Below, piece by piece: positions 42,318 through 51,622 of a stretch of DNA of 64,000 nucleotides. The first letter of the stretch is position 1. The number at the start of each line of letters is the position of its first letter. This stretch comes from Nostoc sp. (GTDB lineage: Bacteria; Cyanobacteriota; Cyanobacteriia; Cyanobacteriales; Nostocaceae), in the NCBI GenBank assembly GCA_036918135.1, contig JBALDB010000028.1, positions 205,076 through 269,075 on the forward strand, given 5' to 3'. The notes beneath the pieces are model-generated. The model did not search any database, had not been told where the DNA came from, and worked only from the letters and a program-made list of their open reading frames with translations. A program made the position numbers and the translations under genes.

Positions 42318-43052
42318 ATGTTAAAGTTCATTCTCCTTGGATACAGCCGCACTGGATCTACGCTCGTGTATTTCGCTCTACGCAAACACCCGGAAATAGA
42401 AATGTACGGCGAACTATTTAATTTTAATGAAAAAGTGAGACAAAATATTCCTGTCCGAAATAGCTCATATCTGGATAGTACGGACGCGGCTTTGTTCCTT
42501 AAAGACACAGTTTTTTGTGAGCACGAGCGCGATCAACAAAAGGCTGTTGGATTTAAAATTTTTTACTACCATGTACGTAACGACAACGAAGCCCGAAAAG
42601 GTTGGAACTACCTTTTATCCCAGAAGGACATTCACGTTATCCACCTGATCAGACAAAACCTGCTAGAGTGCCTGATTTCACACGAAGTATCTGTGCAAAC
42701 CGAACAATGGTTTTTAGAAAAAAGTTCAAAGACAAAATCCGTGGAAGTAGCTCCCTTCAGAATCGAGGTGGAAAGATGCAGAGGTTTTTTTGAAGGTATT
42801 TTCACTTGGCAAGAGTGGGCAACTCGCAGTTTTCAAGACCATCCGTTTATGACTGTGGAATATGAGGCCGATATTTGTCTAGCCTACCAAGAGACAATGA
42901 ATCGAATTCATGACTTCCTATCGGTGTCACCATACCACGCGCCGATGCCCCTACAAAAGCAGGCACAGAAAAAGCCTAGAGATCAGGTTTGCAACTACGA
43001 TGAGTTGAAAGAGTATTTCCAATACACACTATTTTCAGAATTCTTTGAGTAA
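42318..43052 (+). CDS. NodH/Stf0-like sulfotransferase (copy 2)
   Basis: Paralog of copy 1; SRTGST; the last ~240 nt are identical. Confidence 0.85.
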   Translation: MLKFILLGYSRTGSTLVYFALRKHPEIEMYGELFNFNEKVRQNIPVRNSSYLDSTDAALFLKDTVFCEHERDQQKAVGFKIFYYHVRNDNEARKGWNYLLSQKDIHVIHLIRQNLLECLISHEVSVQTEQWFLEKSSKTKSVEVAPFRIEVERCRGFFEGIFTWQEWATRSFQDHPFMTVEYEADICLAYQETMNRIHDFLSVSPYHAPMPLQKQAQKKPRDQVCNYDELKEYFQYTLFSEFFE

Positions 43053-43231
43053 GCCTACAGCTTATCAGTCTATTTGTGGAAAAATAACTGCGTAGACGCT
43101 TTGCGGCTTGTCGTCAGAAATCGCACGATCTAAGTCTTGTAAAGTTTTTAAGTATTAATACATAGTTAACTGTATTAAATATTTTATCTTAATACCAATT
43201 ATTAGCTAGCGATCGCTTTAGTACTTATTGG

Positions 43232-43259
43232 AAAAAGTAGGAAAGTAGGAAAAGTAGGA
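43232..43259. promoter_or_regulatory. AAAGTAGG direct repeat x3, candidate transcription-factor site
   Basis: The same motif occurs x2 at 37234-37252 and at 41206-41224. Confidence 0.4.
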
Positions 43260-43862
43260 TATTTTGTATCAACCTTGATTATCCTGTTGATTAAGCTGTA
43301 GATTAATTTTTTATCCTTGAATTGGTTTCATCGAAAACGGCTTTGGTAAGAGGTAATTGTTGCCTATTATTAAGTTCTTTGTCCCCCTATAAACAAGGAG
43401 TTTTAACCTTTTATATCTTTTACTCTAATGTGTAATTTGTTGTCCCTGAACGCCTGAAAACACTTATTGAAGCGTAGCTAAAATAGCGATGTCTTATGAC
43501 GAGCTACGCTAACGCCTATTCAATCTGAATCCGTTAAACCTATTCACAGTCAGCATTTAGATTTTTTAGTTCAGTCTGTTAGCTTAGGAAAAAGTCATAG
43601 TCATATATGTGTTTAATTTGACTTAAATATGGATAATTTGCTTTTTGTATTTGCCAATACAAATTTTTGTTAATAAAGCAAGAAACATGAAAGTGTCAAG
43701 TCAAAATTCATGTATTCTAAGTTGAAGCATGGAACTTAGAAGTGAGGAAAATCTGCTCTCAACTCGGCTTAATTTATTGTAGTCCGAGATATTTTTTCCG
43801 TACTACTTCCAACCATAAAATATACCCTATAACTTACACACGATAATAAAGCAGCTACCAAA

Positions 43863-45035
43863 ATGCATCCTAAGACTGCGGTTAAGTTCGATCGAGAGAC
43901 GTTCGACAGAATGAAGCGAGATATCGAGCTTCTATCTAAAACAAATCGAGGCAGACAAAATTCTCCAAGCTTTGCCACTGAAATTCCAGAAGAGATTGGT
44001 ATTCAGCTTACCTATCGATGCAATTTAAGATGCGAAACGTGTTTTCAATGGAACGACCAAGGCTTTTTCCATCATCTGAATAAGGCTCAGTTGAAGGGTG
44101 AATTGGACGCTTCTATTTTTGAGAAGATCCTCTATGAAACTGAGTCTGCCAAATCAAACTTGTACTTATGGGGTGGTGAGCCACTGGTTCACCATGACTG
44201 GCCTGAACTTTGTCGAATGCTGGAGAAAGATCCCCGTTGGACTGTTATTTGCACTAACGGTCTTTTGATTGAGAAAGAGCTAGATTCGCTACTACCAATT
44301 TCTGCAAATCTCGTCCTCTTGGTTAGCGTTGATGGATTTCAGGAGGACAACGATGCTATCCGGGGGAAGGGTACTTTTAACCGTGTTCTGCATAACATTG
44401 ACATCGTTCGCTCCCTACAAAAAAAGGGTGAGTTTAAGGGCAAAATCTCAATTAGCGCCGTCTTGAACGGTGAACTCGCACCTCGACTTTATGATTTCGT
44501 TGAATACTGCGAGAGCCTTGAAATTGACAGTCTGTACCTTGTCTACCCTTGGTATATTCCAGAAACTGTTGCCAACAAAATGGACGAGTATTTTAAGACC
44601 AACTTTGATTGGCTAAACATTTTACCAGAGCAGCCCAAAGCCAGTTGGCACTCTTACACATACCATGTTGATACCGAAAAGGTGAAACTACTGCGTCAGC
44701 AAATTGAGAAAGTCAATACTCGCACTTGGAATATACGTATTAGGTATCAGCCAGCTCTAGAAGCCGATGAGTTTTCTGCTTTTGTAGGTGGTAGTGATGA
44801 ACCAGGACAAAGACGCACCCGATGTCTGTCGATTTCAAGCAGAATGGATGTTCTCGCTGATGGCAGCGTTAGCTCGTGTAAACTGTTTCCCGAATTTAAT
44901 ATTGGCAACCTTTATGAGAAAGGTGTTTTAGAGATTTGGCAAAGTGATGCCTTTAAAAGAGTGCGGGAAACTATCCACGGCGGGTTAACTCCGATTTGTT
45001 CTAAGTGTGTGCTTCTGTATCGACACGGACTCTAA
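43863..45035 (+). CDS. Radical SAM / SPASM-twitch protein
   Basis: CNLRCETC, GGEPL, TNG, SVDG; C-terminal C...GSVSSC...IGN...CSKC. Confidence 0.92.
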   Translation: MHPKTAVKFDRETFDRMKRDIELLSKTNRGRQNSPSFATEIPEEIGIQLTYRCNLRCETCFQWNDQGFFHHLNKAQLKGELDASIFEKILYETESAKSNLYLWGGEPLVHHDWPELCRMLEKDPRWTVICTNGLLIEKELDSLLPISANLVLLVSVDGFQEDNDAIRGKGTFNRVLHNIDIVRSLQKKGEFKGKISISAVLNGELAPRLYDFVEYCESLEIDSLYLVYPWYIPETVANKMDEYFKTNFDWLNILPEQPKASWHSYTYHVDTEKVKLLRQQIEKVNTRTWNIRIRYQPALEADEFSAFVGGSDEPGQRRTRCLSISSRMDVLADGSVSSCKLFPEFNIGNLYEKGVLEIWQSDAFKRVRETIHGGLTPICSKCVLLYRHGL

Positions 45036-45077
45036 GACAATATTTAGCTGCTAAGTTGCGATCGTTGGAGTATATCA

Positions 45078-46826
45078 ATGAAAATTTTAGGATTCATTGG
45101 GCGTTCAGATGTTCCTCTAGCCCATGACGGTGCTGCCAGCTTAATCATAAATAATAAAATTAAGTTTGCTCTCGAACAAGAACGCTTGACTCGTACACGA
45201 TATGCCGAAGGTCAAGGGTGTTTTGATGCCACGAAAGCGTGTTTAGATAGTGCTAACCTTCGTCTTTCAGATATAGACTATATTGCCTATGGCTGGCTTG
45301 AAGACCTCAAATCGGGTACTCAAGTTTCAGACTACGTGGTTTCATCCAACGAACTTACACCAATACTCTTGCCGCCAGAACTTTTTAAGTATACCGAGCC
45401 ACCTGATATTCATTTTGTTAAGCACCACTATGCCCATGCTGCCGTCACATTTTTTACTAGTGGTTTTGACAGCGCCGCCGTCTTGGTAATGGATGGACAA
45501 GGCGAGGGGGTTTCGGTTTCTCTGTTTCACGCCAAGGGCAACACCATTGAGCTAATTGAAACTTATCCCGTGGATACCTCACTGGGAATGTTCTATGGGG
45601 CAGCAGGGGCCCGCGCTGGTCTAGGTTGGCACTCTGGTCCTGGTAAGCTGATGGGGCTAGCACCCTTTGGTCAAGTTAGGGAGTCAATTGATTTTCACTT
45701 CGACCCAGACACCGGACGTTTCACGCTGCCTGCATTCATCCAAAAAGCCATTGATGACTCCCCGACACGCATAACAGCGAATGACATCGGCACGTTTTGG
45801 CTTGACTATTTCAAGAACTATCATTATCCCTATCAGGATACGTGGACACCGGATTGGGAATTGGTTAAGGCTTACCATATCGCTCATTATGCTGACTTTG
45901 CTGCATCCGTTCAGCACACCCTAGAAACTATCGGTCATAATCTGGTACTGCGGATCAAGAAGTTAACCGGGGAGAAGAATCTAGTTCTCAGTGGTGGTTG
46001 TGCATTGAACTGCACTATGAACGAGGCATTGAGTCAGCAGAAGATTTTCGATAATATTTACGTCTTTCCGGCTGCCAATGATGCCGGGTGCAGCATTGGT
46101 GCGGCGTTAGCGGTATCTCATCTATTCAATCCACCAACTTCACCGTCTGAGAGATTGCCCAGTCCCGCTTTTGGAAGTACGTTTACCAGCGACGCAATCA
46201 TCGCGGCGATTAAAGACTACGGCTTTATCCCGAAAAAACTATCTTCAGAAGAACTAACTGAACGTGTAGCCGAGGATCTAGCTGCAGACAAAATTGTGGC
46301 TTGGTTCAGAGGCCAAGACGAATTTGGCCCTCGTGCTTTGGGGCGACGTAGTTTTCTAGCTAATCCCTCACATAGAGAAACTCTAGGGCGGCTTAATAAA
46401 ATTAAAGGCAGAGAAATGTGGCGACCCTTAGCTCCCAGCGTTCTGAGCGAAAAGGCAAAGATAGTGCTGGAAGGTTCGCTAGATCCGGGGCTACATCGCT
46501 ATATGTTAGGTACAGCCACTATCCAACCAGAATGGCGAACCAAGATTCCAGCTGTTGTTCATGTTGATTTTACCACCCGCTCTCATCTGGTGGAAAAAGA
46601 GCAAGATGGTATTTATTGGTCTTTGATAAATCGCTTCTACCAAAAGACAGGTATTCCTTTAGTCTGTAATACGTCTTTGAATGTGGCGGGTCAACCTCTT
46701 GTTCACAAGCCAGAGGAGGTATTGGATATTTACACTACTAAAGATGATGTGCAAACTCTGGTAATTGAGGACTTTTACTTAACGAAGCCTGATATTGGCA
46801 GAGAATTAGGTGGCGATCGCGTCTAG
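45078..46826 (+). CDS. O-carbamoyltransferase (NodU/CmcH family)
   Basis: HDGAA, HHYAHA, DGQGE, GKLMGLA, GGCALN, EFGPRALG, KGRE..RP and NTSLN. Confidence 0.93.
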   Translation: MKILGFIGRSDVPLAHDGAASLIINNKIKFALEQERLTRTRYAEGQGCFDATKACLDSANLRLSDIDYIAYGWLEDLKSGTQVSDYVVSSNELTPILLPPELFKYTEPPDIHFVKHHYAHAAVTFFTSGFDSAAVLVMDGQGEGVSVSLFHAKGNTIELIETYPVDTSLGMFYGAAGARAGLGWHSGPGKLMGLAPFGQVRESIDFHFDPDTGRFTLPAFIQKAIDDSPTRITANDIGTFWLDYFKNYHYPYQDTWTPDWELVKAYHIAHYADFAASVQHTLETIGHNLVLRIKKLTGEKNLVLSGGCALNCTMNEALSQQKIFDNIYVFPAANDAGCSIGAALAVSHLFNPPTSPSERLPSPAFGSTFTSDAIIAAIKDYGFIPKKLSSEELTERVAEDLAADKIVAWFRGQDEFGPRALGRRSFLANPSHRETLGRLNKIKGREMWRPLAPSVLSEKAKIVLEGSLDPGLHRYMLGTATIQPEWRTKIPAVVHVDFTTRSHLVEKEQDGIYWSLINRFYQKTGIPLVCNTSLNVAGQPLVHKPEEVLDIYTTKDDVQTLVIEDFYLTKPDIGRELGGDRV

Positions 46827-46959
46827 TGCAGCTTTGCATAAGAGCGTGGCGAATTGAGTGTTGAAATTTAAACGCAAAGGGGCGCAGAGAATTCGCTACG
46901 AATTAATAAAATGTTGTACTTAGATTCATTAGTTCCCGTTTGTGTGTCTGAGGTATGTA

Positions 46960-47856
46960 ATGCGGTTCTCTTTAATTGTGCCTACCGTCAACCGAGTCAA
47001 CGAGTTAGGACGGCTATTTCAGTCCTTGGCTACCCAGGATCGTAATGATTTTGAGGTCATTCTTGTTGACCAGAATTTGGACAATCGATTAGAAGAGTTA
47101 GTTACTTCCTACACTCAGCAGTTCCCAATTTTGCACCTGAAGCAAACGAAACGAGGCTTATCTCGTGCTAGAAACCTGGGGCGATCGCACATAAAAGGTG
47201 ATATCATCGCTTTTCCTGACGATGACAGTGTGTACCCGCCAACAGTGTTATCCCAAGTGGCTGATTTTTTTGAGAATGAAGCTGCTTGGGATGGGGTAAT
47301 TGCCAGAATCTTTGACTTGAATGATGATAAAAATGCCTTTGAGTTTTGTGGGGGCGACGATAAATCAGGATGTGTTGATTACTGGAAAGGATATACAGTC
47401 GGTATATCCCATGCCATGTTCTTTCGTGCTTCTGTTGTGAAATCTCTGGATTTTGATGAAGCGATGGGTGTGGGTTCAGGGACACCCTGGGGCGCAGGTG
47501 AAGATGTTGATTATTTATTTCAATGTCTTGATGCAGGCTATCGGTTCTACTATGATTCTAAGTTATATGTAAGACATCCAAGCCCGCTTAAAAAAAATAA
47601 CTTTCGCCAACAGATTCAACGAGAATATTCTTATGGATTGGGTAATGGCTATTTGCTAGGTAAGCACAATTTACCTGAGCCATTAATCCATTCTGCTACA
47701 CGTTCATCGTACCAACAGACTATTTTGGAAGTTACTAAAGGGAACTTGAAACGTGCCGCCTATTTCTTTGCCTATGGTCTGGGAACCTCGATTGGATATT
47801 TCCAGAGTATTAAGAAATGCCAAATGGTTAATCTACCGAGCGACCAGCTAATTTAG
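46960..47856 (+). CDS. Glycosyltransferase family 2 (paralog 1)
   Basis: VDQN, GLSRARN, FPDDD and GAGED. Confidence 0.9.
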   Translation: MRFSLIVPTVNRVNELGRLFQSLATQDRNDFEVILVDQNLDNRLEELVTSYTQQFPILHLKQTKRGLSRARNLGRSHIKGDIIAFPDDDSVYPPTVLSQVADFFENEAAWDGVIARIFDLNDDKNAFEFCGGDDKSGCVDYWKGYTVGISHAMFFRASVVKSLDFDEAMGVGSGTPWGAGEDVDYLFQCLDAGYRFYYDSKLYVRHPSPLKKNNFRQQIQREYSYGLGNGYLLGKHNLPEPLIHSATRSSYQQTILEVTKGNLKRAAYFFAYGLGTSIGYFQSIKKCQMVNLPSDQLI

Positions 47857-47871
47857 GAGAAATAAGATATT

Positions 47872-48771
47872 ATGCAATTTTCTCTAATTTTAGCAACTAA
47901 AAACAGAGTCACAGAAGTTGAGCGTTTTTTGCGATCGCTCGCAACTCAAAGTTATACAGATTTTGAAGTGATTGTAGTCGATCAAAATCGAGACGATCGC
48001 CTAGTCGAATTAATCGAATTCTATAGTCAAAAGTTTTCTATCTTGCACCTGAAACAACTAGAACCTGGGTTGTCGCGTGCCAGAAATCTGGGGCGATCGC
48101 ACATCAAAGGTGATTTGGTTGCTTTTCCAGATGATGACTGCTTATATCCACCTGAATTGTTAGCTCAAGTTGTACATTATTTTGAAAATAGCCAGACAGA
48201 GGTTGTCATTGCCAGAGCTTTTGATATAGATGAAGATAAAAACGCATTTTTATATTGTGGCGATGATAACTCAGGTGTAGTGGATCTAGAAAGAGCATTT
48301 CGGATTGGCATCACATTTGTGATGTTTTTCCACGCCCATGTGGTAAAAGAAATCGCCTTTGATGAAACTATTGGCCCAGGTTCGGGTACACCCTGGGGAT
48401 GCGGAGAAGATATGGATTATTTGTTCAAATGTGTTAAGGCAGGATACAACATTTATTACAATGCTCAACTGATTGTTCGGCATCCAAATCCATTCAAAAT
48501 TTATAACTTCCGTCAACTTTTATGGCGAGAATATAGCTATGGTCGGGGAAATGGATACTTGATGGGTAATAATTTTCCTGCTTCCTTTATTAGGGCTGAG
48601 ATTTTGCCCAATTTACCTTATGTAATTACATATATCTTCCAAGGTCGGTTTGACTATTCTGCGTATGTTGCTGCGGCAATTATTGGGATGTCGCTAGGGT
48701 ATTGGGATAGTGTTAGACAACCCAAAAGTATTCAGACCATGAAAAAATTAACAGGTGGTTCGATCGCATGA
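47872..48771 (+). CDS. Glycosyltransferase family 2 (paralog 2)
   Basis: VDQN, GLSRARN, FPDDD and GCGED. Confidence 0.9.
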   Translation: MQFSLILATKNRVTEVERFLRSLATQSYTDFEVIVVDQNRDDRLVELIEFYSQKFSILHLKQLEPGLSRARNLGRSHIKGDLVAFPDDDCLYPPELLAQVVHYFENSQTEVVIARAFDIDEDKNAFLYCGDDNSGVVDLERAFRIGITFVMFFHAHVVKEIAFDETIGPGSGTPWGCGEDMDYLFKCVKAGYNIYYNAQLIVRHPNPFKIYNFRQLLWREYSYGRGNGYLMGNNFPASFIRAEILPNLPYVITYIFQGRFDYSAYVAAAIIGMSLGYWDSVRQPKSIQTMKKLTGGSIA

Positions 48772-49637
48772 AATTTTCACTTGTCGTAGCTACTAAAAAT
48801 AGAGTCAATGAGGTCGATCGCTTTTTGCGATCGCTAATGACTCAAAGCTATAGCAACTTCGAGGTGATAATTGTCGATCAAAATTCGGACGATCGTCTGA
48901 TAAATATAGTCAATTCTTATATTCAGACATTCACTATTACACATATACAAAAGGCTAATCCTGGTACATCCCGTGCTCGGAATCAAGGGCTTTTACTCGC
49001 CAAGGGTGACATTATCGCTTATCCCGATGATGACTGTCTTTATCCTCCCGATCTTCTTGCTAAAGTTGCCCACTTTTTTCAAACTAATACAACCTGGGAT
49101 GGCTTAACTGTCAGAGTCATGGATTTAGATAGTGACAAAGATGCATTTGATTATTGTTTGCAAAAATCAGGGAGAGTTGACCATCTGACAGCATGGAGCT
49201 TGGGAATAGGCCCGTCAATGTTTTTCCGGGCGGATCTAGCGAAAAAAGTTGCCTTTGACGAACAAATGGGGCCTGGAGCAACATGGGTTGGCGGAGAAGA
49301 TACGGATTATTTACTGCACTGTCTCGATCGCGATGCTGCGATTTACTATGATTTTGAGCTATTTGTCAGACATCCTCAACCTTATGCAATTTATACGATT
49401 CGTCAGCTTGCATGGCGAGAATTCACCTATGGTCGAGGGTTTGGATATTTATTGAAAAAACGGAATATTTCCTTATCAATTGTTCTCTATCAACTAGTTG
49501 AACCTATTATCCTGATAGGAAAATATATAGCAGCTGGTAACTTCCGCTATGCATTGCCTTGTCCAAGCATAGGATTAGGTAGGGTACTTGGATACTGGGA
49601 GGGCGTACAAAAATTTAATCAGAGGAAATTTTTATGA
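48768..49637 (+). CDS. Glycosyltransferase family 2 (paralog 3)
   Basis: VDQN, SRARN, YPDDD and GGED; 4-nt overlap with both neighbours. Confidence 0.9.
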   Translation: MKFSLVVATKNRVNEVDRFLRSLMTQSYSNFEVIIVDQNSDDRLINIVNSYIQTFTITHIQKANPGTSRARNQGLLLAKGDIIAYPDDDCLYPPDLLAKVAHFFQTNTTWDGLTVRVMDLDSDKDAFDYCLQKSGRVDHLTAWSLGIGPSMFFRADLAKKVAFDEQMGPGATWVGGEDTDYLLHCLDRDAAIYYDFELFVRHPQPYAIYTIRQLAWREFTYGRGFGYLLKKRNISLSIVLYQLVEPIILIGKYIAAGNFRYALPCPSIGLGRVLGYWEGVQKFNQRKFL

Positions 49638-50638
49638 GTTTGAAATACGTTCAAATTGAAACAACTAGTGTTTGTAATCATCGCTGCTTTTTCTGTCCTG
49701 TATCTATGGATAAACGGGAAAAAAGTGCGCTATCTCTGCAAAATATAGAGAAGATTATTGAGGGACTCCATGACTATCCGATTGAGGCGATCGCTCTTAG
49801 CGGCTTTATGGAAGCAACCTATGATAAAGAACTAGTTGAGAAGATTACTGTTATTCGGAATGCAGGTTATCAAGTTTCGCTCTACAGCAATGGATCGGGG
49901 CTGAAGCCAGAATTAACCGACGAACTGCTCAATTTAGGAGTAAGCAGTTTTACATTCAACCTCTCAACGTTGGATGAAGCCCAATATCGCCAAACTCGCG
50001 GATCGCGAGATTTACCCAAAGTTTTGTCTAATCTTGATTATCTATTAGCTCAAGCACCTGTTCAAGCGCGAAAGGTAAAAGTAGATTTGGTAGTAGTTGG
50101 AGCTTTGGATCGGCAACACGCTGCAAGCTTTCAAATGATTCAAGACAGATTTGCAAATACAGCAGTTTCTAGTATTTTAATTATTCCGATGGTTGAATTT
50201 GCTGGAAAAGCAAACCAGGGATTATTACCCATTAGACCCAATCATCAAAAATTACAAGGTTGCCTTTGGAATCGTGACAAACAGTGGCTACATTTTGATG
50301 CTAATGGTGAAGCTATTTTATGCTGCCACGATTACTTCTCTAAATATAAAATGGGCAACATCGGTGATGCTAGTGTGAGCGAGATTTATCAAGGAAATCC
50401 CATCCAGCAATGGCGACGTTGGGTTAGCGGCGAAGAAGAAGCGCCAAAAGATTTTATCTGCCGTAACTGTGCTTATGCGATCGCAGATAATTATATTGAA
50501 AATTTACGTAAATTGTTCTGCGATCGCTGTCAGCTGCCCGACATATTAGGAGTAGATAATTCTTGCAAAAAATGTGGCGATGTTGGGCTTGTCATTGATG
50601 CCATTGAAAAACGTCCTGAACTCTTGTCTCTAGAATAA
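49634..50638 (+). CDS. Radical SAM / twitch protein (BtrN-like layout)
   Basis: CNHRCFFC; C...LCCHDY...MGN...CRNC, plus an extra CDRC/CKKC. Confidence 0.88.
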   Translation: MSLKYVQIETTSVCNHRCFFCPVSMDKREKSALSLQNIEKIIEGLHDYPIEAIALSGFMEATYDKELVEKITVIRNAGYQVSLYSNGSGLKPELTDELLNLGVSSFTFNLSTLDEAQYRQTRGSRDLPKVLSNLDYLLAQAPVQARKVKVDLVVVGALDRQHAASFQMIQDRFANTAVSSILIIPMVEFAGKANQGLLPIRPNHQKLQGCLWNRDKQWLHFDANGEAILCCHDYFSKYKMGNIGDASVSEIYQGNPIQQWRRWVSGEEEAPKDFICRNCAYAIADNYIENLRKLFCDRCQLPDILGVDNSCKKCGDVGLVIDAIEKRPELLSLE

Positions 50639-50653
50639 TTAGGAAATTTAAAG

Positions 50654-51535
50654 ATGCGGTTTTCTCTGATTTTATCAACCAAACATAGAGTACAAGAGTT
50701 AAAGCGTTTTCTCGAATCACTTGCAGCCCAAACCTGCGCTGATTTTGAGCTAATCCTAATTGACCAAAATACCGATGACCGATTGGCAGAACTCGTAAAG
50801 TTTTACAGTCAGAAATTTCCAATTATTCACATCAAACAACCATCACCTGGACTATCTCGCGCCCGTAATCAAGGCTTGCAGCATGTCAAGGGTGAGTTAT
50901 TTGGCTTCCCTGACGATGACTGTATTTACCCTCCCGATTTTTTGGGGAAGGTGTCCGAGTTTTTTAGTCGTGATTCAGCTTGGGGGGGATTGATCATCAA
51001 CGTTCTGGATTTAGAGTCAGATAAAGAGGCGATGCTCCATAGTCCTGAAAGTGCTGGAGTGGTTGATTATGACAAAGGATGGATCGTTGGCATGACTGCT
51101 GCCTTATTTTACCGGAGCGAATTTGCCAAGGTTCAATTTGACGAAAATATGGGGCCTGGTACGCCTTGGGCAGGAGCGGAGGATGTTGATTACTTATATA
51201 GCTGTCTTGATGCTGGAGCCAAGACTTACTTCGATCCAGCGATCGTTATTCGACATCCTACCCCGACTAAACTTTATTCTATTTCTCAAGCAATTCGCAG
51301 AGAGTATAACCACGGTCGTGGGGCTGGATTCTTGATGAGGAAATCCAAGTTTCCATTGTCAAAAGTGCTTTGGCTAATGACTAATCCATTAATCTATACG
51401 CCTATTTTTATTTTTCAAGGTAGAGTCCGTGCGGCAATTTGCTTTCCTGGCATATCTCTAGGTAGGGCGCAGGGGTATTTTGGGAGTTGGAAAATGCCTC
51501 AAAAAGCATTGCTACAAGTACTCAAACATAATTAA
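50654..51535 (+). CDS. Glycosyltransferase family 2 (paralog 4)
   Basis: IDQN, GLSRARN, FPDDD and GAED. Confidence 0.9.
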   Translation: MRFSLILSTKHRVQELKRFLESLAAQTCADFELILIDQNTDDRLAELVKFYSQKFPIIHIKQPSPGLSRARNQGLQHVKGELFGFPDDDCIYPPDFLGKVSEFFSRDSAWGGLIINVLDLESDKEAMLHSPESAGVVDYDKGWIVGMTAALFYRSEFAKVQFDENMGPGTPWAGAEDVDYLYSCLDAGAKTYFDPAIVIRHPTPTKLYSISQAIRREYNHGRGAGFLMRKSKFPLSKVLWLMTNPLIYTPIFIFQGRVRAAICFPGISLGRAQGYFGSWKMPQKALLQVLKHN

Positions 51536-51622
51536 TTACACATTTTGTTTCCCTGTTCCCTCTCTACACGAATGAATTTAATTTTGTGCAACTACTTAAA
51601 GTAAACAATAAGGGGTAAATCA

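Noticed and set aside
41449..43052. Diversity-generating retroelement TR/VR pair
   Set aside because: The differences are not adenine-specific, both copies are full genes, and there is no reverse transcriptase in the window.
39984..51535. Canonical nodABC Nod-factor core
   Set aside because: No processive NodC-type GT2 (QxxRW), no NodB deacetylase and no NodA acyltransferase were seen.
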